Part shown: in pieces, positions 1 to 8,446 of the stretch
Numbering within the stretch: the first letter of the stretch is position 1
Layout of the letters: each line of letters opens with the position of its first letter
Sequence record: SRR31156797_3944
Strand: one strand, 5' to 3'
Length of the DNA stretch: 35,320 nucleotides
Made by a program: the position numbers and the translations under genes
The notes under the pieces: generated by a model
The model's input: only the letters and a program-made list of their open reading frames with translations
Told to the model about the DNA's origin: nothing
Databases searched by the model: none

Positions 1-1
1 T

Positions 2-709
2 AAAGGGGATACGCTCAAGGGGCTTGCCACGATTGGAAACGGAGAGGATCCCTTAAGCAAAAAAATTGATGAGGCAATTGCGACGGGCCTTAGTAAAGGC
101 GTCGAACTTGCTTATGAAAACTATCCTGAAGAGACAAGGCAGACTTTGGAACTGCTTGGTGAATTGAACGGCGCAGTCGATGCCACAGTCACATGGGTTG
201 ATGACAAGACTGGAAATACCATTAGCCGTTCTTGGAATTTGTTGGATGATGATACAAAGGGCTTGCTTAAGCTGGGCGGCAAGGCGTTAGGAGTTACAGT
301 TTCGATTTCCAGCGGCGGAGTTGGAACGCTTGCTCATTTGAAGAAGGTGCAAACCGTTGCCAAAGCGGTTGACAAGGTTGTTCCTGATAGCGTTAAGAAT
401 TCTAAAGCCGTAAAGGCACTGGCTAACAATAGTGACAATACAGTCGATACCGGAACCCAGTGGAGCCGCGTTCCCAAAAGTCTTCAAGACCAAATGGCGC
501 TTGAAGCTGCGAAGAGAGGAGCAGGGAAGAAACTGCCCATAAAACTTGAAGATCCTCGGTACAAAGGAATGGATAAAATGGAGTACAAAGTTAAGTCAAA
601 AAATGGGAGGGACTCCGTTGTTCACTATGTGCGAGACCCGAAAACAGGTAAAACATACGACTTCAAATTCAAAAAGCATAGTCATGATAACCCTAAACCA
701 CTAAAATAA
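2..709 (+). CDS. C-terminal part of a polymorphic toxin (CdiA/hemagglutinin/Rhs-like), truncated by the window edge
   Basis: Frame +2 is open from base 2 (KGDTLKGLATIGNGEDPLS...), so the TTG at 146 is not the true start. A Gly/Ala/Lys-rich linker precedes a small basic domain (DPRYKGMDKM...VHYVRDPKTGKTYDFKFK) resembling toxin tips. A small acidic ORF follows. Confidence 0.7.
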   Translation, partial: KGDTLKGLATIGNGEDPLSKKIDEAIATGLSKGVELAYENYPEETRQTLELLGELNGAVDATVTWVDDKTGNTISRSWNLLDDDTKGLLKLGGKALGVTVSISSGGVGTLAHLKKVQTVAKAVDKVVPDSVKNSKAVKALANNSDNTVDTGTQWSRVPKSLQDQMALEAAKRGAGKKLPIKLEDPRYKGMDKMEYKVKSKNGRDSVVHYVRDPKTGKTYDFKFKKHSHDNPKPLK

Positions 710-720
710 GGACAGGTTTT

Positions 721-1143
721 ATGTTGTTAAAGTGTATTGGGAATAAGCGCGAGCATCTTGTTAGTGAGCGTGCAAGAATCGCATGGGATGAAGACTACAA
801 TATTGACGAAACAAATTTTGAGATTGGCAATAAATATATTGCATACGGAGTGGTTTTCAGAAAAGGAGAAGACTTACCTCTTTATTTGGTTTGTGATAGT
901 GAGGATGATGAATACCCAGTTTCAGAGTTTGCAGAGCATTTCGAAATCATTAATCATGAAATTCCAGAAGGTTGGCTTTTTACTACGTCAACAAGCAACT
1001 GGGAAGGGTCCGTAATTATGCCGGAGAGAATGGTAACTGAGTACCTTTTCATGGAAAAACTGTATGATGGTGACCCTGATGCTGTGCAGTATTTTCTGAA
1101 ACAAAAGAAGATGATGAAGGAAAGGTATAAAGATCAATTGTGA
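721..1143 (+). CDS. Putative cognate immunity protein
   Basis: 140-aa acidic ORF 11 bp downstream of the toxin stop, with an AGGA RBS. Typical toxin-immunity arrangement. Confidence 0.6.
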   Translation: MLLKCIGNKREHLVSERARIAWDEDYNIDETNFEIGNKYIAYGVVFRKGEDLPLYLVCDSEDDEYPVSEFAEHFEIINHEIPEGWLFTTSTSNWEGSVIMPERMVTEYLFMEKLYDGDPDAVQYFLKQKKMMKERYKDQL

Positions 1144-1163
1144 ATTAGAGAATTATGAGGAAT

Positions 1164-1175
1164 GGGGTCAGGTCT
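1164..1175 (+). repeat. GGGGTCAGGTCT motif, putative RAYT-element end / REP-like sequence
   Basis: Motif lies ~35 bp upstream of the RAYT remnant and resembles ends recalled next to RAYT-type transposase genes. Single copy seen. Confidence 0.4.
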
Positions 1176-1209
1176 TTTGTTTTAGCATTTGCAGTGCTAC
1201 GTATCATAA

Positions 1210-1320
1210 ATGGCAAGACCAATCAGACTCCAATTCCCTGGGGCACTTTATCATGTGATTGGGCGGGGTAACGTTCGTCAATCCATAGTTGCGGACGATC
1301 AAGGTCGGAAACTCGCATAA
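1210..1320 (+). pseudogene. N-terminal remnant of a RAYT / IS200-like Y1 (HUH) transposase
   Basis: Translates to MARPIRLQFPGALYHVIGRGNVRQSIVADDQGRKLA*, matching the conserved RAYT N-terminus (MARPxRxxxPGAxYHVxxRGN). Stops after 36 aa, before the HUH motif. Not in the ORF track. Confidence 0.8.
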
Positions 1321-1412
1321 CGCTCTGGCCCTAAAACGGGGAGACCTCCAGGGTAACCAGTCCACTAGAAGTCCTTGTTTGATCTTTCTATAGATAGAAG
1401 GCCACTTGCCAT

Positions 1413-2351
1413 TTAGGTTGTCAAATGGCGATGAAAAATTCCAACTAAAATTTGTCCTTCATCTGAGGCTTTCGGGCAGAAGTGAATACGGTCTCTATCT
1501 GGCTTTATTTTACAGTGCCACCAAAACACTACCTCTTGTTCATTGATTTTGATGGTGCGCGCTTTTTTTGCCTTTGAATTTTGTTTAGTCTTCCCATTTT
1601 CATCTGTTACGGTAATCCCATGTGCCCCGAATTCATTGGTAGCTCTCTGCCAGTCCCCTTCAAAAATAGTATTCCCATAATCAGAGAGTACGCCAAGATG
1701 AGTCGCGATGTCGCCAACGAGCTCTGTGTATTTCTTACTCATATCCTTTATTCCAGACAGGCACCCTTCGACAAAGTCTATAGATGGAAATGCTAGAGAA
1801 ATACGACTATTTAGCTCTTGATGAGTTTTTGTCTTATTTACAATAATCCACCTGAAAAACAATTTGTGTTGTTCTAACGCGTCGATGAACCATAATGGGA
1901 TAGTCTCGCCGTTATTTTTAACATCCATTTGGCCAGACCTTCGCCCTCCCGCGAGGACTAAGCAACTAACAGCATCTGTTTGGTTGTCTATCGTGTACCG
2001 ATGAGCCCACGCGATGGAGGGGGCTTCTTCTGTAGCAGTGTCATTGATTATGACATCAAATGACGCAGGCCAATCGAGTTCCAACTCTTGCCATTTGGGC
2101 ATGGGACCAAAAAGTGCTGTGACCCTTTCTTTTACCTCATGAGGTATTTTGATGGGTGAAGTGTCTGAATATAAATCGTAAAAAGACAGATCAGCCCAGA
2201 CGGGAATATTAAATAAATCTTCAGAGTAACAGGCCTCGCAACCAGCCTCTATGGCCTCATCTAGGTTGTCGAGCAGGCTTTCCAACGATTCTAAACAGCC
2301 TTCTGCACCAATCTTTTTGAAGTCCCAACTGGTTTCATCAACAATAAACAC
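1413..2351 (-). CDS. Putative defence effector/nuclease (Menshen NsnC-like position)
   Basis: 312 aa, GTG start 4 bp after the ATPase stop. C-terminus WHCKIKPDRDRIHF...ILVGIFHRHL resembles RelE-like nuclease tails in DUF3696 operons. Confidence 0.55.
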   Translation of the reverse strand: MFIVDETSWDFKKIGAEGCLESLESLLDNLDEAIEAGCEACYSEDLFNIPVWADLSFYDLYSDTSPIKIPHEVKERVTALFGPMPKWQELELDWPASFDVIINDTATEEAPSIAWAHRYTIDNQTDAVSCLVLAGGRRSGQMDVKNNGETIPLWFIDALEQHKLFFRWIIVNKTKTHQELNSRISLAFPSIDFVEGCLSGIKDMSKKYTELVGDIATHLGVLSDYGNTIFEGDWQRATNEFGAHGITVTDENGKTKQNSKAKKARTIKINEQEVVFWWHCKIKPDRDRIHFCPKASDEGQILVGIFHRHLTT

Positions 2352-2355
2352 TCTG

Positions 2356-3510
2356 CTACCTCGAACGCGGGCGTCTAACTCTTGTCAAAGCCCTTATGTC
2401 AAGTTGGTACTGATCAAAAAAACCTGGAGGCCAATGACTTATGCTTCCTGTTTCAGAGAACTTAAGCATCGCAGGCGGGGTGCCTCCCGTGTCAAAGAAA
2501 TGGACACAGGCTTGATCTGCTCGTAGGACTTTTTGTTCTCCAATTGCTAGACGAACTCCGTTGAGGAGATGGTCGGAATGAGTCTCTATGAAAATTTGAA
2601 CTCCTGCTGCTGCCATTTTGGCCAAAAAATACCCCATCCTTGATTGGCCCTTGGGGTGCAAGTGTGCCTCAGGGCTATCAATTATTAACAATTGCCCTTG
2701 TTTGGCGAGAAGGCCGGCTATAATGATGGGGAAAGAATACGTTAGTCCGTAGCCAATGTTTGATGGTCGTCGCCAATCACCAGTGTCGCCCAGCCGGAGT
2801 TCTAATCTATACAAATTGGTTTTTTCTACAGCTTGCACATTTCCTTGAGCACCAGGGAATAGTTCGCTTGCCCATGCATTAAACTGCCTTCGAAGAGTCT
2901 TGGCTTTGTCATTGGGGTTGCAACGGGCATCATCAACATCATCGTCAAGATGTTTGTGGAACCACCACGGAGCAAATTCACCATTGACACCAACATCAGC
3001 AAATATTGGATGTGCGCCCTCTGGGGCAGGAAATACATCAGCAGTACCCATTCGCGTGGCACTAAGATAAATTACCTCTTGCAGACTCTGGTAGAGCTTG
3101 CCAAGCCTGCCATCAGATTCAAGAACTTTTGTGCCTGTATTTGTTGAGTGGGGGCTCTCTTTGAGCTTGTCTTTGGGGGCGTCTAAGATTTGCAGTGATA
3201 TGCCGTGAGTCCGGTCGTTTGCTCGCAGTTTCCATACAAATTCAGCATCCTGACTTTCAAGAGTGAACTTAATATGACCACTTCCTGAATTGAGAATCTC
3301 TCCTGGGGTACCTAACCGAACGAGTGGTCCATTTAGTGGGAGAACGGCATATCTCTTTTCTATTTTAAGGCCTTGCGCCAATAGTAACAAGCTTTGAAGG
3401 GTTGTTGACTTCCCGGCAGCATTCAGCCCCGTCAAAAGTGTTAGCGGCGCTAACGGAAGCGAAAGAGAATTAAAGCATTTAAAATTTTTAATTTTGAGAT
3501 TGGTAAGCAT
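2356..3510 (-). CDS. ABC/AAA_21-type ATPase with C-terminal DUF3696 (Menshen NsnB-like)
   Basis: IKNFKCF start, Walker A GLNAAGKST, signature-like IGYGL, Walker B/D-loop LLIIDSPEAHLHP, H-loop ETHSDH, and a DUF3696-type WPPGFFDQ motif. Confidence 0.85.
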   Translation of the reverse strand: MLTNLKIKNFKCFNSLSLPLAPLTLLTGLNAAGKSTTLQSLLLLAQGLKIEKRYAVLPLNGPLVRLGTPGEILNSGSGHIKFTLESQDAEFVWKLRANDRTHGISLQILDAPKDKLKESPHSTNTGTKVLESDGRLGKLYQSLQEVIYLSATRMGTADVFPAPEGAHPIFADVGVNGEFAPWWFHKHLDDDVDDARCNPNDKAKTLRRQFNAWASELFPGAQGNVQAVEKTNLYRLELRLGDTGDWRRPSNIGYGLTYSFPIIIAGLLAKQGQLLIIDSPEAHLHPKGQSRMGYFLAKMAAAGVQIFIETHSDHLLNGVRLAIGEQKVLRADQACVHFFDTGGTPPAMLKFSETGSISHWPPGFFDQYQLDIRALTRVRRPRSR

Positions 3511-3513
3511 GCC

Positions 3514-5172
3514 TTAAATAACCTCAGCTAGAGCTTCTTCCATTAGCCCGAAACGTGTTTTTACTTGCAGCAATCCGTTCGTGCCGGAACTTATTGCTCG
3601 GAAGAATGCGTCGTCACGCAACAAGTTGGTCATCATTTTCCGCAGTTCATGACTGTGTTCCTTTAATGTGTCTTCGTCGTAACGCGCGAGTAGCACTGAG
3701 CAGACATCAAAAAGAGCTATGTTAATAACTGTCCGGTCTGCCCAACGAGTATGAGATACATGTTCAAGTGATTTGCGAAAAGCATGCTTTTTAAAGAGCT
3801 TGTGATTGATTCTCATGGAGTGCTTGAAAAGTTCAAAGAGTTCGACTAGTTCCTCTTCGCTATAAGAGTTCATTTCATCTAGCGTCTTAGCCAAAAAGTC
3901 ATCCATGTCCGCTTTGTATTGATCAACACCTAGAATTGAAAAGGCACAAAATCGGTTGATAACCTCTCGGTCACGCATCTTTTTTGTGTCAATACTCCCG
4001 CCTGTTGCTTCCAAAAAACTCTTGTGCTTTGAAGCGTCACGAATCCATATTGTGGCTGGGCCATTAAAAAGGCAGTTACGCATTTGCTGTCGCGCAAGAG
4101 GTTCGCCACTATTAACACGGTCAAAAATATCTAATTTTGCTCTATTGGGTGCTTTTGCATCGAGGATATAGAGTGTTAGTTGAGTGTCTTCAAGTCTCTC
4201 TTGTAGTGTGACTGATAAATTCTTAAAACTTTTACCGATATATGCTTCGTCAGAATTATTGCTATTCGCCTTGATACCTGGGATTGAGATGGAGAATTTA
4301 TTATTAAGATATCTTTTAAAGGTGTTAAGACGCTGTAACCCATCAACAACAATTATGCGACCATCATCTGCTTCTGCTACGTAAAAAACTGGAAGGGGTA
4401 TGCGCATCAAGCAAGATTCAATAAGTCGTGATTGTTGAGTACGTTTCCAAATAAAGTCCCTTTGAAAATCTGGAGTAAGAATAATTCTATCATTATTAAT
4501 TCGTTTTACGACTTCATTGACTGTACGCTGTTCTTTCCGCACGAAGACAGAGTCTAGCGGGTAGCCTGACCAGCCGGTTGATACTGTGCCCGCATTGCTT
4601 TCATCATAGCCATCAATGTCAACAGAGGGTGGCAAGAAGTCCAGCAGATGTGAAAGCTCTGCACAGCGGTTTTCCACCTCAGCCATAAAGCTAGAGTGGA
4701 CATCATATAAAGCGCAAAATAGGGCGGATATACTTTGGGTGTTCTCTTGGTGTTTAATTAGTTGAACTGTCTGGTTACTGTAAGAATCTAGTCCTATAAC
4801 AGGTATTTTTGAACACCAAAAATAATTTTCAGGTGATTTTGCCAATAGGTCCTTCTTGTCAACCGAGGCAGGCAAAACAATTTTAATATCAATGGTAAGA
4901 TGAGATGTGTCAGAGTACTTTTGTCCTCCCTGTTTTCGGGTGAGTACTCCTAAAGCACGAATTCCTTTTTTCCATGCCGTAGGTTGCCCTTTGCTATTGT
5001 CTGAGCCTAGACACAAAATGCAGTAGCAGCCGGTGGTTACAGAAGACGGAACCTGAGTACAAGATACAGTTATTTGAAGAGCTTTTTCAGGGGCTGTGTG
5101 CAGTGAGTCTATTTTTTTTATTTCAGACACACTGTCTTTCCCCAGTCTTATTATTGCAAATTTGTCCTGCAT
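3514..5172 (-). CDS. DUF262 (ParB/Srx-like, GmrS-type) protein with extra N-terminal domain (Menshen NsnA-like)
   Basis: DUF262 motifs PDFQRDFIW, LIESCLMRIPLP, VVDGLQRL and IFDRVNSG. Start moved to ATG 5172 (GGAGAG RBS, no overlap with the MTase). Confidence 0.85.
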   Translation of the reverse strand: MQDKFAIIRLGKDSVSEIKKIDSLHTAPEKALQITVSCTQVPSSVTTGCYCILCLGSDNSKGQPTAWKKGIRALGVLTRKQGGQKYSDTSHLTIDIKIVLPASVDKKDLLAKSPENYFWCSKIPVIGLDSYSNQTVQLIKHQENTQSISALFCALYDVHSSFMAEVENRCAELSHLLDFLPPSVDIDGYDESNAGTVSTGWSGYPLDSVFVRKEQRTVNEVVKRINNDRIILTPDFQRDFIWKRTQQSRLIESCLMRIPLPVFYVAEADDGRIIVVDGLQRLNTFKRYLNNKFSISIPGIKANSNNSDEAYIGKSFKNLSVTLQERLEDTQLTLYILDAKAPNRAKLDIFDRVNSGEPLARQQMRNCLFNGPATIWIRDASKHKSFLEATGGSIDTKKMRDREVINRFCAFSILGVDQYKADMDDFLAKTLDEMNSYSEEELVELFELFKHSMRINHKLFKKHAFRKSLEHVSHTRWADRTVINIALFDVCSVLLARYDEDTLKEHSHELRKMMTNLLRDDAFFRAISSGTNGLLQVKTRFGLMEEALAEVI

Positions 5173-5186
5173 AATCTCTCCAAATT

Positions 5187-6569
5187 TTACATACATGCAA
5201 CGTTGCTGCACACATCCAGCGAGCTCGATTCGCTGGCTTTAGTGACTCTGGATAATTTTATTAATGCTTTTTCGAGAGGTTTAAAAAGAGTTCTTCCTTG
5301 GCTGTTGACTCTACGCAATATGCCTGTTGCAGCATTGGGGCTTAAAAAGTATTTTTCATCAACTTTCTTCGTCTCTATTATGCGTAGCAGCCTTTTTTCA
5401 ACAGGGGTATTGGGGGCTGGTGAGACTTTATTGGAAAAATACCAATCGTCATATGCTAACCCTCCGCTTGACCACTGGAATTTCGAAGAGTCTTTTTCTG
5501 GCTTAAGCTCTAAACTACTCAACTGCATCGGCGAGGCTTTTCTAAAATCATCAAATGAGCTTGTTAAGATATTGAGTTCCTGGGGGGGCTCTTGGTCAAG
5601 AGCGTCAATGATATCATGCTCCCCAGAAAGGCCTGCTACTATTCTGGCAGCAAACCACCCAACAACAGGAACACAAACTGCGTTTCCAATTGCGTGATAC
5701 CGGAGAGTGTCAATGTCATCGTCGGACGATGGATAGTCCGTTTCAGGTAGCGACCATCCCACAGGGAATCCTTGTAAGCCTTCACATTCAGTTGGGGTTA
5801 AACGTCTTACTGAATCTGTGTAGGCGACATATGTCCTACTCCAGTCGGTTCCTGTATGTCTTCCAGAAGTCGCGGCGAGGCAGTACCCAACAAGGGGAAC
5901 ATGCGCACCCGTGTTTTTGCACTTTGTTGGTGTAATAAAACCTTTTCTTGCATTTTTTACGATCCCACCACCTTCTGCTTCATAAAGACTGTGAAGAGCT
6001 AAGTCTGGGCGCCCCTTCCAAGCACAAATAAAGATCCGTGGCCTTGACTGAGGTGCGCCAAAATAGCGAGCATTCACAACTCTCCAAGCTACACCATATC
6101 CGATGTCGGTAAATGATTTGATGATTGTTTTGAAGTCGTTGCCTTCATGCGAGCTTAAAAGACCTGTAACATTCTCGAGTAGCACAACTTGAGGGAGTTT
6201 TTGCTCGACTAACTCAAGGAAAGGGAAGAAAAGTCCAGAATTTTTACCTTTTAGGCCGTCACGTCCGAGCCATCCACGTGCCACTGAAACATCTTGGCAG
6301 GGAAATCCTCCACACCAGACCTCTGCTTCGGGCAAGTCCTCAACCTTTATATTATTTATGTCGGAACTTAGCGGTAATTGCGGCCAATGTCTTTTCAACA
6401 CGCTTTGGCAGTATTTGTTGATTTCACAGTGAAAACTTGGTGAAATTCCACTACGCTCAAAGGCCAAATCAAACCCACCAATCCCAGCAAAGAAAGAATT
6501 AAATTTGAATTGGCCTGATCCTTTGCCTGCTAACTTGAGTCTTCGCAGCTTATTTCCACGGGATTTCAT
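5187..6569 (-). CDS. DNA (cytosine-5) methyltransferase with C-terminal extension
   Basis: Motifs I FAGIGG, IV GGFPCQDVS, VI ENV, VIII PQSRPRIF, IX RRLTPTECEGLQGFP and X IGNAV. Confidence 0.93.
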   Translation of the reverse strand: MKSRGNKLRRLKLAGKGSGQFKFNSFFAGIGGFDLAFERSGISPSFHCEINKYCQSVLKRHWPQLPLSSDINNIKVEDLPEAEVWCGGFPCQDVSVARGWLGRDGLKGKNSGLFFPFLELVEQKLPQVVLLENVTGLLSSHEGNDFKTIIKSFTDIGYGVAWRVVNARYFGAPQSRPRIFICAWKGRPDLALHSLYEAEGGGIVKNARKGFITPTKCKNTGAHVPLVGYCLAATSGRHTGTDWSRTYVAYTDSVRRLTPTECEGLQGFPVGWSLPETDYPSSDDDIDTLRYHAIGNAVCVPVVGWFAARIVAGLSGEHDIIDALDQEPPQELNILTSSFDDFRKASPMQLSSLELKPEKDSSKFQWSSGGLAYDDWYFSNKVSPAPNTPVEKRLLRIIETKKVDEKYFLSPNAATGILRRVNSQGRTLFKPLEKALIKLSRVTKASESSSLDVCSNVACM

Positions 6570-6822
6570 CTGTCAATTTTGCCTTTCGGTTACTGTATGT
6601 GTTCTGTGTGATGGGGACGAGAATAGTTTTCCCATCCTAGCCGTGTCAGCCGAAAACTTTACCTTATCTTTCAATGTTTCGCCATCATCTTTTTTTGCGT
6701 TTTTATGTTAATATCCCAATATTTTGGAGTTGTTTCGAAGGCTGTGAAGGGTGAAGCGGCTCATTCGTTCATTGGTATACTGAAAGGACTTTCATAGCAT
6801 AGGGCTAGGACGAGTGGCCTCC

Positions 6823-6841
6823 AAGGGGAGGTCTCCCCCTT
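6823..6841. repeat. Short GC-rich imperfect palindrome at the tnsE stop
   Basis: AAGGGGAG-GT-CTCCCCCTT. Its core 6827-6838 is the exact reverse complement of 1338-1349. Confidence 0.5.
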
Positions 6842-8444
6842 AAAGAGTGGTCAATAGATTGTAAGCTCTGTCCGCCCATCCTGCTATAGTCTCAGTGTCA
6901 AGCAAGCCCCTTTTGATAGAAGGGGTGCGTGGATGTGAAACACCTTTGAAATGTCCATTTCCACAAAGCTCAGCTAGCAGACATTTGGGCCAGCACAATG
7001 AAGAACGGATCAGAGCTTTTTCTACTTCAATCAGGCCTGTTTCCCAGTTTGCCGAATCTCCTACCGCAAGAATCTGTGTCGATAGAGCCTTGGCTCCGTC
7101 GGATGTGTCGACTTCAAGAAGGTGGATGCGTTTATCCTCAACCGCTAAGCAAATAACCGCCATCCCCCTTGGGGTTTCATCAGTAGAGAGGATGTATTTT
7201 TTGCATCGCTTGAGTCTGGGGAGTTTTCTGATTTCCATATCAAGCAAGTCGCACCCGTACGATTGAATCAGGACATCTATCATTTGTAGGAAGCAGCTGA
7301 ATTTGTTCTTGAGAAGTTGGCTGTCGTCACTGATGTCATTCGTGATGCTCCAAGTGGCTTGTCGCATGCCTTGATTGGTGACAGATTCCTCTGTGCTCAC
7401 GAATAGATCTTGCTGCTCTTCTTCATTTGTTGCATTAGCGCCATGAACTCTTTTTTCTCGGGTGGCGATAATGGATGTAACAACTGCACGATCAAATTCG
7501 ATATCCACCTTTGGGGCTTCAATAACAAAAGGCTGCGTAGACTCCCTGGCGGTCGCTCCATTATGGAGTGTGAGACTCCCAACAGATCCTATCTCGTGAA
7601 CTTTACCTCCAGCTCTGCCGTCATTAATAATCTGAGCATAGTCAGGATGAAAGTAGTCAACCCTTGCAGGTAGGTCAGGAGAGAGCCCCATTATTCTGTC
7701 TATCTCATAGACGAATAACGTGTTGCTATGAGGATCGTAATTGCCATGAAGATCAAATTGCACCTTTCCAAGTGGTGGTGGGTCAAATTGGAAATTCCAA
7801 TGTCGCAAATGGCCTTCATTTTCGCCGTTAATGATTTGATTCCAATGAATGCTCTGAAACGAACTCCGGGCATCTTTGTCCAACAATATCCAGCTTAAGT
7901 GTTTTCTGCTTGCATGATCACAAAGGAGTGACAAAGGGAAGCCCGCAGTAGGCATAACCCTTACGATTGCAGCATTGTCCCAATGTGCATACTCGATCTC
8001 AAATTCTGTTTCTAAACAGTCAGATTCAAGGGCTGTGCGTGAAAGGTAGCTATTATGAAAGAAAAGCGCTCGGGCCAACTCAAACTGTGGGATGTAGATC
8101 ACAGTCGAGTCTTTCGTCATGAAAGCAAAGCAATACTGGTCCGCATCTCTTCGACCACTGAAGCCTTCAATAGGGCATGTCCCAATCCGTTTTACATACC
8201 ATTCATAATGCGCAGATGTGGAGACTATTCTTCTGCGGTTTGCCCTTTGCTGCCCATGGGGCGCATTGATCACTCGCCCTCGGACAACAGCCGGCGCATT
8301 GGACATTGTGAATGAATGCAGGGGTTGGTTGGGATGACAATGTACGTTTACACTCCATTCTGCCCCGTTGGCGGGTCTAAACAACTGACCAATCTCTTGA
8401 ATTGTAGTGTTTTTATCGAATTCAGCAAAATTATATGAGTCCAT
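6840..8444 (-). CDS. tnsE: Tn7-like transposition protein TnsE
   Basis: 534 aa, directly after tnsD. Motifs IYIPQFELARALFFHNSYL and LLEVDTSDG...LST are characteristic of TnsE. Confidence 0.88.
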   Translation of the reverse strand: MDSYNFAEFDKNTTIQEIGQLFRPANGAEWSVNVHCHPNQPLHSFTMSNAPAVVRGRVINAPHGQQRANRRRIVSTSAHYEWYVKRIGTCPIEGFSGRRDADQYCFAFMTKDSTVIYIPQFELARALFFHNSYLSRTALESDCLETEFEIEYAHWDNAAIVRVMPTAGFPLSLLCDHASRKHLSWILLDKDARSSFQSIHWNQIINGENEGHLRHWNFQFDPPPLGKVQFDLHGNYDPHSNTLFVYEIDRIMGLSPDLPARVDYFHPDYAQIINDGRAGGKVHEIGSVGSLTLHNGATARESTQPFVIEAPKVDIEFDRAVVTSIIATREKRVHGANATNEEEQQDLFVSTEESVTNQGMRQATWSITNDISDDSQLLKNKFSCFLQMIDVLIQSYGCDLLDMEIRKLPRLKRCKKYILSTDETPRGMAVICLAVEDKRIHLLEVDTSDGAKALSTQILAVGDSANWETGLIEVEKALIRSSLCWPKCLLAELCGNGHFKGVSHPRTPSIKRGLLDTETIAGWADRAYNLLTTL

Positions 8445-8446
8445 GA

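Noticed and set aside
6573-6674. Short minus-strand ORF upstream of the MTase as a controller (C) protein
   Set aside because: Only ~33 codons, with no HTH pattern and no clear RBS.
1-6839. Tn7 left end within the window
   Set aside because: No ACAGG followed by TGT-N5-GACAA, nor repeated TnsB sites, was found by eye. GACAATACAGT near 433 is single, lies inside the toxin CDS and lacks the terminal TGT.
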